A DNA stretch of 64,000 bases, taken from Callorhinchus milii (taxonomy: Eukaryota). Below the pieces are notes generated by a model, which made no database searches, had not been told where the DNA came from, and saw only the letters and a list, made by a program, of their open reading frames with translations. This document shows, in pieces, positions 27,279-38,829 of the stretch; positions within the stretch are counted from its first letter, which is position 1; every line of letters starts with the position of its first letter. Both the position numbers and the translations under genes were made by a program. The stretch lies in NCBI RefSeq assembly GCF_018977255.1, contig NW_024704743.1, positions 28,088,001 to 28,152,000 of the forward strand. The letters run 5' to 3'.

Positions 27279-28418
27279 GGTGGTGACATCATCCGCAGAC
27301 ATGGAGTTAACTTCCACATGTATGCGGATGACACCCAACTCTACCTTTCCTCCTCTACTCTCAACTCCACGACCACCGATGTCCTGACAGCCTGTCCGAC
27401 ATCGAGTCCTGGACGAGAGACAACTTTCTTCAGCTCAACGTGCGAAAAACCGAGGCCCTCCTGATTGGCTCACGTCAGCGCCTCCGCACCTCAGGCGCTG
27501 ACACCATCAGCATCCAAGGCTGCGCTCTCCACCTCTCAAAGCCAGTCAGGAACCTCGGCGTTTTGTTCGACCCTGAGCTGTCCTTTCTCCCTCACATCCG
27601 CACCACAACTGGCACCGCCTTCCATCACCTCCGGAACATCGCCAGACTACGGCATTACCTCACCCCTCACGCTGCTGAAACCCTGGTTCACGCCTTTGTC
27701 ACCTCAAGGCTGGACTATGGGAACTCTCTCCTCGCCGGCCTTCCCGGCACCTCCCTCCACAAGCTGCAGGTCATTCAGAACTCTGCAGCTCGTGTACTGT
27801 CCCGCACCAGGCTTCGCGACCACATCACTCCCACCCTCGCTCGCCTCCACTGGCTCCCCATTCCCCAGAGGATTGATTTCAAGATCCTCATCCTCACCTA
27901 CAAGGCCATTCACGGCCTTGCTCCCTCCTACCTCTCCGACCTACTATCCCCCTACCTACCTGCCCGTACCCTCCGTTCCTCTGGCTCCGGTCTGCTCCAC
28001 GTCCCCCGCCCCAACCGCCCTACCATCGGTGGTCGGGCCTTCAGCCTCTCAGCCCCCAGGCTCTGGAACTCCATCCCCCAGTGCCTTCGCCTTGCTTCCT
28101 CCCTCTCCTCCTTCAAGGCCGGTCTCAAAACCTTTCTCTTTGACCGAGCCTTCAGCTCCCCTCTCGACTCTCTTCTCTCGACTCTCTTCCCCCTCCTCGC
28201 TCCCTCCCTTCCATCCCCTCACCCTGACCATTTCCCCCCTCCTCGCTCCCTCCCTTCCCTCCCCTCACCCTGACCATTTCCCCCTCCTCGCTCCCTCCCT
28301 TCCCTCCCCTCACCCTGACCATTCCCCCCCTGCTTGGGTTATGACCCAACTGTGCAGCGCCTTGGGACGTCCTCCTGACGTGAAAGGCGCTTTATAAATG
28401 GAATCTTGTTGTTGTTGT
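27279..28418 (+). mobile_element. L2-clade LINE, 5'-truncated, relatively young
   Basis: FHMYADDTQLY RT motif; ORF 27440-28273 with RNLGVLFD, SRLDYGNSLL, LQVIQNSAAR and LHWLP; C-rich 3' UTR, stem-loop and (TTG)n tail. Confidence 0.95.
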
Positions 28419-29451
28419 GGTTCAACTAGGAATAAACAGTCACTATGCTTTACAGTAAATTGTGTGAAGTGCTTTGAGATGTTTCAATGATGTGATAACA
28501 CGCTATAACAAGGAATATTATTATTATACGCTAGTATGGTAGCCATTCTCCATGAGTGTGCTGAGATCGGGATTTGACCTGCTTTACTAGATCTGCTGAG
28601 CACTAAATGCAAGTCAAAGCTTGAGATGAAGGCTTCTGTCACAGCCCATGCATTTATCCAGAAATGTGATTGAAATTCCACATCTCCTACAACCTACCAT
28701 TCAGTTGGATCTGCAGAATTGTTCAGATCACATTGCCTAGTGTTTTACTGATCAGAGGAGAAGACCCTCTGTCTATGTGGCAAATTTCAAAGTTCAACAA
28801 CTTGTGCAAGGGAGATATGGAGCTGCTCCCACCCAGGGGTTATGCACATATTTCAATCACTGCTGCACAGAGGCAGTTGAGTCAGTGATAAGAGGTAATC
28901 ATTGATGATTATCACCAGAAGAATAACTAGGGAGGTAAGATTTGTTTTTGTACATAGAGAGCTGTTAGATTGTGAAATGCTTTACCACAAATGGCTCTTC
29001 AAGTCAATCTTTAACAGTATTCAAGAAAGAATTGGATAAACTGTTAAAATTAATAATATTAGACATGAGATTGGAGGAGATAGCTCCAGTGGGGGAATCA
29101 GCAAAGACATCATGTGCTGAATAGTTTCTTTCTGTGCTATAAACATTCTAAAATTTTATGAAGGGTATTTNAAAAAAGGAAATCTGTCAATGCACAATCT
29201 CTAAGGAGTTGCAGAGATACTATCACATGAGTGAGATTTTACCAACAAAGCACTGCTAGTTGCTACCCTAAGCATTTGTCTGTAATATGAGGTAACTGAG
29301 ATGCATGTCTCATTGATCCCTTGTAATCTGGCCAATTTTCCATTGTCTTTTGTAACTTGTGTTGACTCTTCATTTCTCTATGTATATCATGCTTTTTCCT
29401 CTTTGCTTTCCTCTCTCCCTCCCACCCTCCCTTTCTCCGCTTCCTTTCTAG

Positions 29452-29475
29452 ACTGATGATGAAGATGATGGTGAG
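29452..29475 (+). CDS. FHOD3: FHOD3 24-nt alternative micro-exon encoding TDDEDDGE (T(D/E)5XE motif)
   Basis: Long pyrimidine tract (about 29393-29449) then tag|ACT GAT GAT GAA GAT GAT GGT GAG|gtacgg; phase 0-0; lies between the ...KMITD and TGKFS exons, where the mammalian striated-muscle T(D/E)5XE exon lies. Confidence 0.92.
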
Positions 29476-30284
29476 GTACGGTTGCTGGGTGGCATTGTGC
29501 TGGATGTTTGTTTGCCTTGTGTTATCACCAACACCGCCTTTACACTAACGACAACATGAGAAGCAATTGATGGCCGGCCTCTTCTGTTCCATTGCATCTT
29601 TTAAAACCGCATTAACCTATTGGCCTTGTTCTTGAGTGCTTTAACAGGCGCGATTTCATGAGTATTAACATCTGGGGAGCTGGTGATCCACTAATTTGCC
29701 GGCGATCATCATGACAGTTTTTGATTCCTTCCAGCTGCCGAGGTCTCTATTGGCACTGGCTGCACATATCTATCCAAGTCTTTCATGTCAGTACTCTAAT
29801 CTGATAGTGTCTGCCTGCATTTCCTTTTCATGGGATGTTACACTATAATTGTACCCTTTCCTACATTTGCTTCCAAGTTCAAGTTTGCTTCCCCGGGCGA
29901 TTATTTTGTAAACTACCCTTTCATCTCTGTTAGTTATCTTAAGGAATAAGCAGAAGGCTCCTGCATTAGCCAAGTGGGCAAAGAGACTGCACAGTGTAAC
30001 ACTGAGCCATACAGAAAGTTAACTTCTGAACTCAAACAATTGTTTTCTGTTGGAGTCCCCCAGTGATTGTGCCCGGTTGAATTTATGCTCCTAAAACGTC
30101 ATAATTTCTTGTGGAGAGGCAGGATTTCCTATGGTGTAGGATGGTAACTGAGCCTTGCTGACTGAACTCACTGGTGTCTGTCTCATCATTGTCTGGTCTT
30201 GTCACCTCAACCGCTATTTGATAATGTGCCATTACAGAACTATTACATGTTTGCTGAATTTGCCTACAAATACATAAGTCAAGA

Positions 30285-30600
30285 CTTTGAGCTCGCAGTC
30301 CAGAATGACACTCCAATGTAGCACTGGTGGAAGGCTGCATTGTCAGAGCTACACTGTCCTTCAGATAACAATTTTAAACCAAGATCCCGTCTGCCTGTTC
30401 AAAGGAACATTAGAAATCCCATGGCAGTATTTGAAAAGAGAAGGGAGTTCTGATGTCCTGACCAACAATTCCCCAGATAAAAAGTTGATCGCGCACTTCA
30501 TTGCTGTTTGTAGGTCACTGTTTGTGGGAAACTGGCTGTTGCACTCCCCGACAAATGCACAGTCACTACACTTCACAGTAAATCCTGCGAAGTGCTTTAT
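30285..30600 (+). mobile_element. Older Deu-domain SINE, decayed
   Basis: taaaccaagatcccgtctgcctgttc...aaatcccatggcagtatttgaaaagagaagggagttc; related decayed minus copies at about 13960-14350, 32030-32290 and 56935-57290. Confidence 0.65.
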
Positions 30601-31410
30601 CAATTGTATGGCTTGCTGCTACACCTTTACCTATTCAGCTATTAGGACAGGACTAATGATCTTAAGGAATGAAATGCAATTATTGATTGTCTGAAATCAA
30701 ACGAGAAAATTAATGGATAAACACACCAGGCTGCTCAGTAGCTAATCAGAGTTGTATATCTTGCATTGCCATCGATGTTAGGTACTTCTGACTTCCACAA
30801 TGACAGCATACTGAGACTCCTTCAAGCAAGACAATCTCTGTGCGGATGCTAGCTTGCAAGGAGAAATGGCTTAACCCTTTTCAAAATCGTCCTTGAACTT
30901 TTAAAAACAAGTTGATTGACATTCCACAGAGCTTTGATGGGGTACATGAAATGTTTTTCAGATGATTTTAAAAAAGAGTAGAATAATGTTTTAAAATTGC
31001 AACAAATTGTCAATCCTGTTATGATATGCATTAGAGGCCAAACTTCTCATGGTTTTAGCCTTAAGGCCAATATCTCAAAATTTAAGAATGCATATAATTT
31101 TGGAGAAATTCTTAAATTCGCTTTTAATGTAGATGCTGCTTTTCTGCAGTTTTCAAGTGATTTTTGAACAATTTTCCAATTTTTAAGATATTTTCAATTT
31201 TGAATAAATTGCTTAAAGTTAACAGCATGAGGAATTTGGGATTTTTAATGCCCCCTCTCCCATCCCCACCCCACCCTACTGCATACACACCGCATATGTT
31301 CATAGCATGCATGTGCATCAGTGGGTCAATAGAAGATTGCAGTGCCATGCCACTTGTTTTTTGGCCTGCTGAAGGAATGATAGTAAATGTGCTTCTGATC
31401 CATTGTACAG

Positions 31411-31591
31411 ACAGGAAAGTTCTCCACCAACACCACCAACGCCTCGAGCAGCAGACAGCCACAAGGACTCCAGTACGCAGAAGAGGCAGCAGAACACGAG
31501 AACATGAAAGCCGTACTCAAAACGTCCTCGCCCAGCGGAGAGGTCGCTACCTGTGTGCCAGGCACGCGCACACGAACAAGAGCCAACAGAG
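31411..31591 (+). CDS. FHOD3: FHOD3 coding exon: TGKFSTNTTNASSSRQPQGLQYAEEAAEHENMKAVLKTSSPSGEVATCVPGTRTRTRANR(G)
   Basis: Acceptor cattgtacag|ACA, donor G|gtaaga; 181 nt, ends in phase 1; AAEHENMKAVLKTSSP is characteristic of FHOD3. Confidence 0.93.
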
Positions 31592-32369
31592 GTAAGAGTT
31601 GTCACAGCGCAGCCATTCATCCTGCGCCAGAGATGGAAAGCTTAAGTTTGTGCCACAACCAAAGGGTCCCTATGTTGCTATTGCAGAAAATCTCTGATTT
31701 GCAGGACAGTTCAAGAGTATAAACTTTTCCCTTGCAGCTCTTGGTGTGACATGTGTCTTTGAGTATGAAAACTGCCAGTGAACTTGTAGCATTACTAAGC
31801 TGTGATTCAATGTGTGGATGAGAATCTAAGATGCTGTGTTTGCCTCTGGCTAGAGGGAGACATAATGTTAAGATTAGAGCTAGGACAGTTCAAAGTGAAA
31901 TTGGAAAATAATTCTTCACAGAGTGGTGTGAAAATGTGGAATGTATTGCTCCAAATGTTGTCGAGGCGAAATCTATTGGGATGCTTAAAAAAACAGACAC
32001 GTGGACAGACAGCAAATACTGGGAAGTGATGATATTTGTTACACCTGATATAGCACTTTTCACGTCAGGACACCTCAAAGGTCTTCACAGAATTTACTGT
32101 GACGTGGAGTGACTGTGTACTCTGTGGATGAAGGCAACAGACAATATTGTGCACAACAACGTCCCACAAATAGCTATGAAGTAAATGACTGATTTGAGTT
32201 TTTTGAGGGTTGGTGGGTTTGTTGGCCAGGACACCGGACAAAACTCCCTTCTCTTATTGAATAGTGCCATTCTTTATGGGATCTTTAACATACATGTTAA
32301 CATGTGGAGTCTTTAACATGTGACTCCATGTAACATCTTTAATATGTGAAGTCTTTAACATCTTTAACA

Positions 32370-32730
32370 TGTGGAGTCCTGTCAGTGGTTAGAGCACTCG
32401 CCTCGCAAGCGGGAGATCTGGGTTTGATTCCTGACAGGGCAAAACGTTGGGCAAGTTTGCTTAATCCACACGCCTCTTTACCTAGCAGTAAGTAGAGTCC
32501 GGTTGTTAGTTGATTAGCAGATCGCTTTTCCGGGGATAATAATTTCTTCATAAATAATAAAAGGTCACTAAATCCACAAATATTTGTGGGACACTGCTGT
32601 GCACAATTGGCTGCCGCATTTCGCCCACAAAATATACAGTCAATTCAATTTAAAGTATATTCCGTGAAGTGCTTTAAGACGTATCGAAGACATGATAAGG
32701 CTCTATATTAAATGCAAAGATTATTATTAT
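32370..32730 (+). mobile_element. tRNA-derived SINE (Deu-like body, L2-like 3' tail), near full length
   Basis: A-box-like cagtggttagagc, B-box-like ggtttgattcc, body ttgtgggacactgctgtgcacaattggctgccgcatttcg, tail caaagattattattat. Confidence 0.9.
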
Positions 32731-32923
32731 ACACCTGAATAGGCGGATGGGACCCCAGTTTAACATCTCATCCTAAGGACACGGTATAATGGAAAAGACA
32801 GGTAAATGGGATCAAACAATCTGCCATGGTCTGATAAACTAGTGGAACAGGTTTGAAGGACTGAATGGCCTCCGGTTCCTATTGCTGAACCCTCACCCTG
32901 GTGATGTGCCACTCCCTCTCTAG

Positions 32924-33085
32924 GCCGTGTTGGATCCTGGAACCCGGGTAACGATGATTCTCCAAATGCCACAGATGATGCTGCAGATGAAATTATGGAC
33001 CGGATTGTAAAGTCTGCCACCCAAGTGCCAAATCAGAGAGCGGTGCCGAGAGAGAGGAAACGCTCACGAGCAAACAGGAAGTCTC
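32924..33085 (+). CDS. FHOD3: FHOD3 coding exon, DAD region: (G)RVGSWNPGNDDSPNATDDAADEIMDRIVKSATQVPNQRAVPRERKRSRANRKS(L)
   Basis: Acceptor ccctctctag|GC, donor TCT C|gtaagt; 162 nt, phase 1-1; DAD core DEIMDRIV and basic cluster RERKRSRANRKS. Confidence 0.95.
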
Positions 33086-36000
33086 GTAAGTTATTGAAAT
33101 TTCTCTCTTGCTCCTTAAATGTTACGGTCGGGATGTAAAAAGGGCTCCTTCGCTTCACTCCCGAGTACAGCAGCATCTCCATTATGTGGTATTGGACGTT
33201 GGCATTGGAGAACTTCATGATGCTTAATACATGCTGTTTGCCAATGCTAACTTTTCATTCCACATTTAGAATGAAAGATTCTATCAATCCTACTGTAAGT
33301 GGCGAATTCAGTATTTGCTAATTTGAGAATTTTAGGGCCCCTCCCCCACTGTTAGGAGCCATTCCGAAAATCATCTTAAAATGCCTCAAATGATAGTTTT
33401 TCAAAGTATTAATTTACAATTGGTGCACATACAAACAGTGCAATTATGGGCAGTATTATAATATGGCCATTTGTATAATTCTTTAAATTTCCTCCTAACA
33501 CAAACTCAACACATGTCGACCTAAAAAATTCTCAGATGCCAAACGACTGCATTTGGAATTTGACCACAGTCTCCATTTGTGAGAAGTGACATGAAAAATC
33601 TGTTCAACACATCAACCATGAGTGTTTAATAATATCTCTTCCTAACATCCTTTCCTCCTAGCTGATGAAATATCTCTGCTGACAAGTGGCTCCTGCAGGG
33701 AGGTGGGATGGGATTCAGGAATTTAGTGAAAAACTCAAGAAAAGCAAGGGAAGAAAGACAAGTTACATTAATTCCCGCAGCTGGGTTTTGACAAGCATCT
33801 GGAATTATTTCCTTACTATAGTTATGCACGCCAGTCAGTCATTAGCAAATGGGCATGTTGGATGCAACCTTATTCTGTTACCTTGAACGGTTTGACCTTA
33901 ACGGGAATATTTTCTTCTTGTAAATTAGAGCTGTTTGATCACTGAGAGTGAATAACAATGAGCAATGAGGCTGTCAAAATATTCATTCGGTCACTCCCAT
34001 GGCATTTCAGAACTGGGTAGCTGAAACAACATGAAAATGATTTCAAAATAACTCTTGACGAATTTATTTTCATAAAGTCACTCTTTGTGCTTCAATGCAT
34101 TTCACCCTGACATTCTTTGGCTGAGAATGTTAGTAGACAAACTCTTCTCAAGACTTTTACCAATACCACTCTGGAAGTGGCCAAATTTGCTGGAGTGATC
34201 TGATGCAGTTTGGCTTACAGAACTGCCCTTTCTGCCTGGTGATTCATCCAATATCATGCGCTCCCTGTATCTTTACAGGCTGTACTGCTCCTTGTGCCGA
34301 AAGTCTATATACAAACAGACAGCAAGAGGTGTAGGTGCTCCCAGGCCTCTCTTATTGCACTCTGAAGCTTGTTACTAAACAGTGGGCGTAGGTATCTGTT
34401 TCAATGTTCTTGCCACCAAGGGGGAGATGCGTTGGTCAGCTGCTATCAGAAACCTCCCCTGAACTGTGACATTCCATGTATTTTGGTTGGTCGGATGTCA
34501 AACCCAACAAATTTAAGAGTACAAAACAGAGTGAGAGTTCCACATAACTATACATAGTAGTATACTATAGGTCGTATTGTCTGTAATAGAATGTACACAT
34601 TCTCCGAGAAGGAATTTATTCTGCTTACCTAATTTTGGATAGTATTAGACACAGGTTGACAAGAGCCAAGGCATGGGAACCCCAAAGTGTGTATTGGGGT
34701 ACTACTGTTGTTTAACCAGCTGAAACCCCCATTGACTGCCCTGTCTGACAAGCTTCCCGCTGCTTCAGCGGGTAGGTCCACAGTACCCATTAGGGCTTTG
34801 GCTGGCAGGCTTAACAGGAACCGAGTGGGAAGAATTCCAGTGACTAATCTGTCCCTACAAGTCCTGCAGATGCGCCCTGGAGTACTATAGGGCAAGCTCA
34901 TAAATCGGACATCCGTTTCTAACGTTTTGTTGCCAAAAACATCACCAGGGAACCAACTCAGTATCAAGGAGACCATGCTTGCCTCCTCCCCAAGGTGTAT
35001 GATCATTGGTTGTCATTTGACATTCAACAAGCACATTCATTCCATGGTCTAGTGGTGTCACAACTCTCAGCTGCAGGGTTTTCTGTGAGAAAGTATCCAC
35101 TACAGTTTCAGTATTAGGGAGAGATGCACTTTGTCAAGGGTGTCTCAGGGTGTTATAGTGAAGGGTTCTGTTTTGGGAACACTCTTTTCCTTTCGCAAAC
35201 GCACCCTGCCAGAAAACTGGAAACCAGACAGTAACACACACTAAAAAAACGCTTTTGGAGGAAAGCTGCCCAATTTGTATGACTTCACCGCAACAGACAA
35301 ATCATGGTGTTGAAAAGGGAATCAGATTTCAGCATTTGAAGGAGGTGTGATTCATTTGGCTATTGTGGAGACATGTCTCCTTTTAGGATTAACAGAGTTT
35401 ATTAGGATTTCACAAAAACAGACAAAACATAATGCCAGGTCTGTCAGACATTATCTGCAACAATCCAAGCAAATCCACTACAGGAATGAATTCCACCATC
35501 TGAGCAGATAGAAAGCAAACTAGGATGGTCCATGAACTATAATTCTTACAGTTCTTATTCCCTTGGAATAAAAAGACTGAAAAAGGTGATTTTTTTTGAG
35601 CGAACTTTCTTGATTCATATAGCCTGCATGTGTCAAGGATCTAATGACAGAAAGAGGACACCTGGTTTAGTGAAGATAGATTCATTGGACCTATGCCTTC
35701 AACCCCAATATTGCTGCTGGATCCTCTTTGCTTCTCCAGGGAATGTATCTTTTGTTCCTGTTTCAATCTGTCACCAGTTGGGTCTCACTGGCCCAGCCAT
35801 TTATTGCCAAGAAGGGTTCTCTCTCTCTCCCTCTCCCTCCCTCCCTCCCTCCCTCCTTCTCTAATCCATTCCTTTCCATCTTCTCCTCCACTCCTCTTCA
35901 CTGCTCTATGTCACCTTATTTGATCTCCAAGTTATGAATCAGTTTACTGAGTCACGTGAATGCAGTTCAATAAAATAGATTTATACATTCATATCTCATG

Positions 36001-36849
36001 TGGACTTAACGGTAGAGCATCCTTTTGGTACAAGTGAGTAAAGCTTGGGAATGCTACAGAATAATTAGTTTGCTACGGTCTTCCCCATCACTCAGAAATT
36101 GTTTCCTGGGAAGAAGACCGGTTAGAGCAGTGAGAAAGCCATAGTCCAACTGTGATGTGGGGCGGGGGGGGGGGGGGGGAGCAATTGTCTGATTACAGTT
36201 AGTCTAATTGGGCATAATTTTCTGAGGCGATAATTGTCATTGGTGAAAATTATAATATGATGTATCTTTCAGAATTTTATCCTCTTCACCCACATCTAGT
36301 TCCGCTTCCTGAATACCTTGTTGTTTTCAGGTCGTTTTTAGTCTCACGGAGATCTGTTATTTTAGGTGTCTTCTCCCTTGCTGCTCTGTTGATATAAGTT
36401 ATGTGAATGCCTCATCCATGTGTTTTTCTTAAGCTAGAATTTAGGGCTTCAGCCTTGAATTGCCTGAGTCTGGGAATAATCACTGGTGGCTAAGGACTGC
36501 TTCGCTAAGTCTTTGCCATCTCAGACCCTGAGGAAACAAACAGCACATGTAGCAACTGACCAGCGCTCCTGGAATATGGGTAGTCAATCGCACAGTTGCT
36601 TTTGTTTTGGAAAACCCGTAAAAATAGATTGCAGCAGCATTTCTAATGCCTGACATCCATTGTCTTCACTCAACTTTGCATGCAACTCATGTTAAGTACA
36701 GTTCAGCCTCGCTCACAGATTTCAGGATAAATCAGTTGATGGCAAAGTTGGGAGTGTGACTCTTCTCAATGGGTATTAACAGTACCAGTATAATACAATT
36801 TATATTTATTCCTGAGAATCGAATTGTATTCCCTAATGAGATAGCGCTC

Positions 36850-37693
36850 TCTCCTTTCAGCTTCTACATATGAGACCGAGGCTCTCCTGATTGGCTCCCG
36901 TCAGCACCTCTTCACTTCAGGCGCTGACAGTATCACCATCCATGGTTGCACACTCAACCTTGCTAAGCCAGTCCAGAATCTTGGGGTCTTGTTCGACCCT
37001 CTCCTTTCTACCTCACATTCACACCATGACCCACTCTGCCTTCCCCACCTCCGCAATGTCGCCCGGCTCCGACACTGTCTCACACCGCAGGCCGCCGAAA
37101 CCCACATTACATTGAGGCTCGACTGTGCAAACTGACTGCTTGTCGGCCTCCCCAACTCCTCCCTCCACAGGCTGCAGATCATCCAGAACGCTACAGCTCG
37201 TGTCCTCTCCCAAACTAGACTCCGTGACCCTATCACCTCCATTGTTGCCCAACTCCACTGGCTTCCCATCTCACACAGATACAGTTCAAGATCTTGGTCC
37301 TCACCTTCAAAGCTCTCCATGGTCTTGCTCCCTCCTACCTCTCCGACCTCCTAACCCCCTACCATCCTGTTCGGTCCTTCTGCTCAGCAGGCTCCGGCCT
37401 GCTTCACGTCCCCCGCCTTGCTTGCCCCACTATAGGTGAGTGGGCCTTCCGCCACTCTACACCCACCCTCTGGAACTTCATCCCGCAGTCCCTCCATCTT
37501 GCCCCCTCTCTCGCCACCTTAAAGACCCACCTCAAGACCCTCCTCTTCGACCGTGTTTTCGATATCCCTGCTTGCCCCCCTGCCTCCCCCTTCCCCCACC
37601 CCGACCCTCAGCTTGGGTCCGTAACTCTGTCTGTCCAGCGACTTGGGACGTCCTCCCGACGTGAACGGCGCTATGTAAATGTAATTTTGTTGT
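36850..37693 (+). mobile_element. L2-clade LINE 3' fragment, decayed
   Basis: Frameshifted homolog of the 27279-28418 copy (TFKALHGLAPSYLSDLL); ends cagcgacttgggacgtcctcccgacgtgaacggcgctatgtaaatg. Confidence 0.9.
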
Positions 37694-37739
37694 ATTATTT
37701 TCACAAATCTCTGTAGGTGGTTCTGATAAGCAGCCACTC

Positions 37740-38020
37740 ACAAGATTATTTGGGTGAAGAAGGCCCTTCGGTCCATCCAAACTCTATCCTCCAGAACATC
37801 CAACCTACCATCTCCCCATCAAACTGCTTTTTAAATGAGTCCAGTGTCCTGGCCTTTACCATCTTTCCTTGCAATCTGTTATAGTTGTCAATTACCCTCT
37901 GTATAAAGAAAAACTTCCTGGTAACTGTCGCGAAATTGTCCTTTACAACTCTAAACCTAAGTCCTCTTGTACTACTGTCTGGTTGCAATCTAAAGTATTG
38001 TTCTGGGTTTACTTTTCTCC
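37740..38020 (-). mobile_element. CR1 3' fragment
   Basis: Minus ORF ...STRGLRFRVVKDNFATVTRKFFFIQRVIDNYNRL...LDSFKKQFD, the typical CR1 ORF2 C-terminus. Confidence 0.8.
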
Positions 38021-38460
38021 ACGGCTCCCCCCTCTTCACTTCTGTCCTCCTGATAAACCCAGGCTACGCCAGGTGCAATATTCTCAATGAATGTATATTA
38101 TATTATCAGACTGTTTGAAAACTTTTTTTTAAGGGTGAAGAGAAATGTAGGATACTAAACTAAATAGTCAATAAATATTTAGATTAGTGCTTATCTACCA
38201 GATGAGAATAAGTACTAGATCTCTACATGAAATACATTCCTATCTATATAGCTATGTTAAAGCGTGGACTATCTAAATGTATAATTAGGAACAGGAAAGG
38301 AGTAGGCTATATGCAAGTCGAGGCTGTTCTTCCATTAGTTTATTAAATCATGACAGATCTTTCAATCCCATTTCCTTCCTTTTTTCCATATCCGTTAATA
38401 CCCTTAGTTCCAAAATATATATAATCTATCTATGTAAACCGATAAAGACAGTGTTCTGTA

Positions 38461-38829
38461 TGTGGAGTCTTGTGGCTCAATGGTTAGAGAACTCGCCTTG
38501 CAAGCGAGAGACCTGGCTTCAATTCCCACAGGGCGAAATGTTGTGCAAATTTCCTGACTCCACACTTGTTTGTTTAACTAGCAGTAAATAGGAACCCGGT
38601 TGTTGGTCAATTCGTGGATCGCTTTTCCAGGGGTAATAATTCCTTATAAAAAATAAATTGGTCCCCCATCCATGATTGTTTGTGAAACACTGCTGTGCAC
38701 AATTGGCTGCCATGTTTCGCCCACAAAATATACAGTCAATTCACTTTACAGTGTTTTCTACAAAGAGCTTTGAGACGTCTCGAAAACATGATAAGGCGCT
38801 ATATCAAATGCAAGGAATATTATTATTAT
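38461..38829 (+). mobile_element. tRNA-derived SINE, near full length
   Basis: Same family as 32370-32730: tRNA-like head, Deu-like body, (ATT)n tail. Confidence 0.9.

Noticed and set aside
27465..28397. 310-aa Pro/Ser-rich ORF and similar ORFs at 40866-41693 and 4879-5283
   Set aside because: Alternative frames of C-rich L2 sequence.
25742..29171. Ambiguous n bases at 25742 and 29171
   Set aside because: Single-base assembly ambiguities next to A runs; no biological meaning.
31411..31414. Second AG 4 nt downstream of the acceptor (tacag|acag|gaaag)
   Set aside because: Use would frameshift the DAD region; the upstream AG gives the TGKFS start matching FHOD3.
31164..31595. 143-aa ORF and antisense ORFs overlapping the 31411-31591 exon
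   Set aside because: Shadow frames; the spliced FHOD3 frame explains the coding signal.
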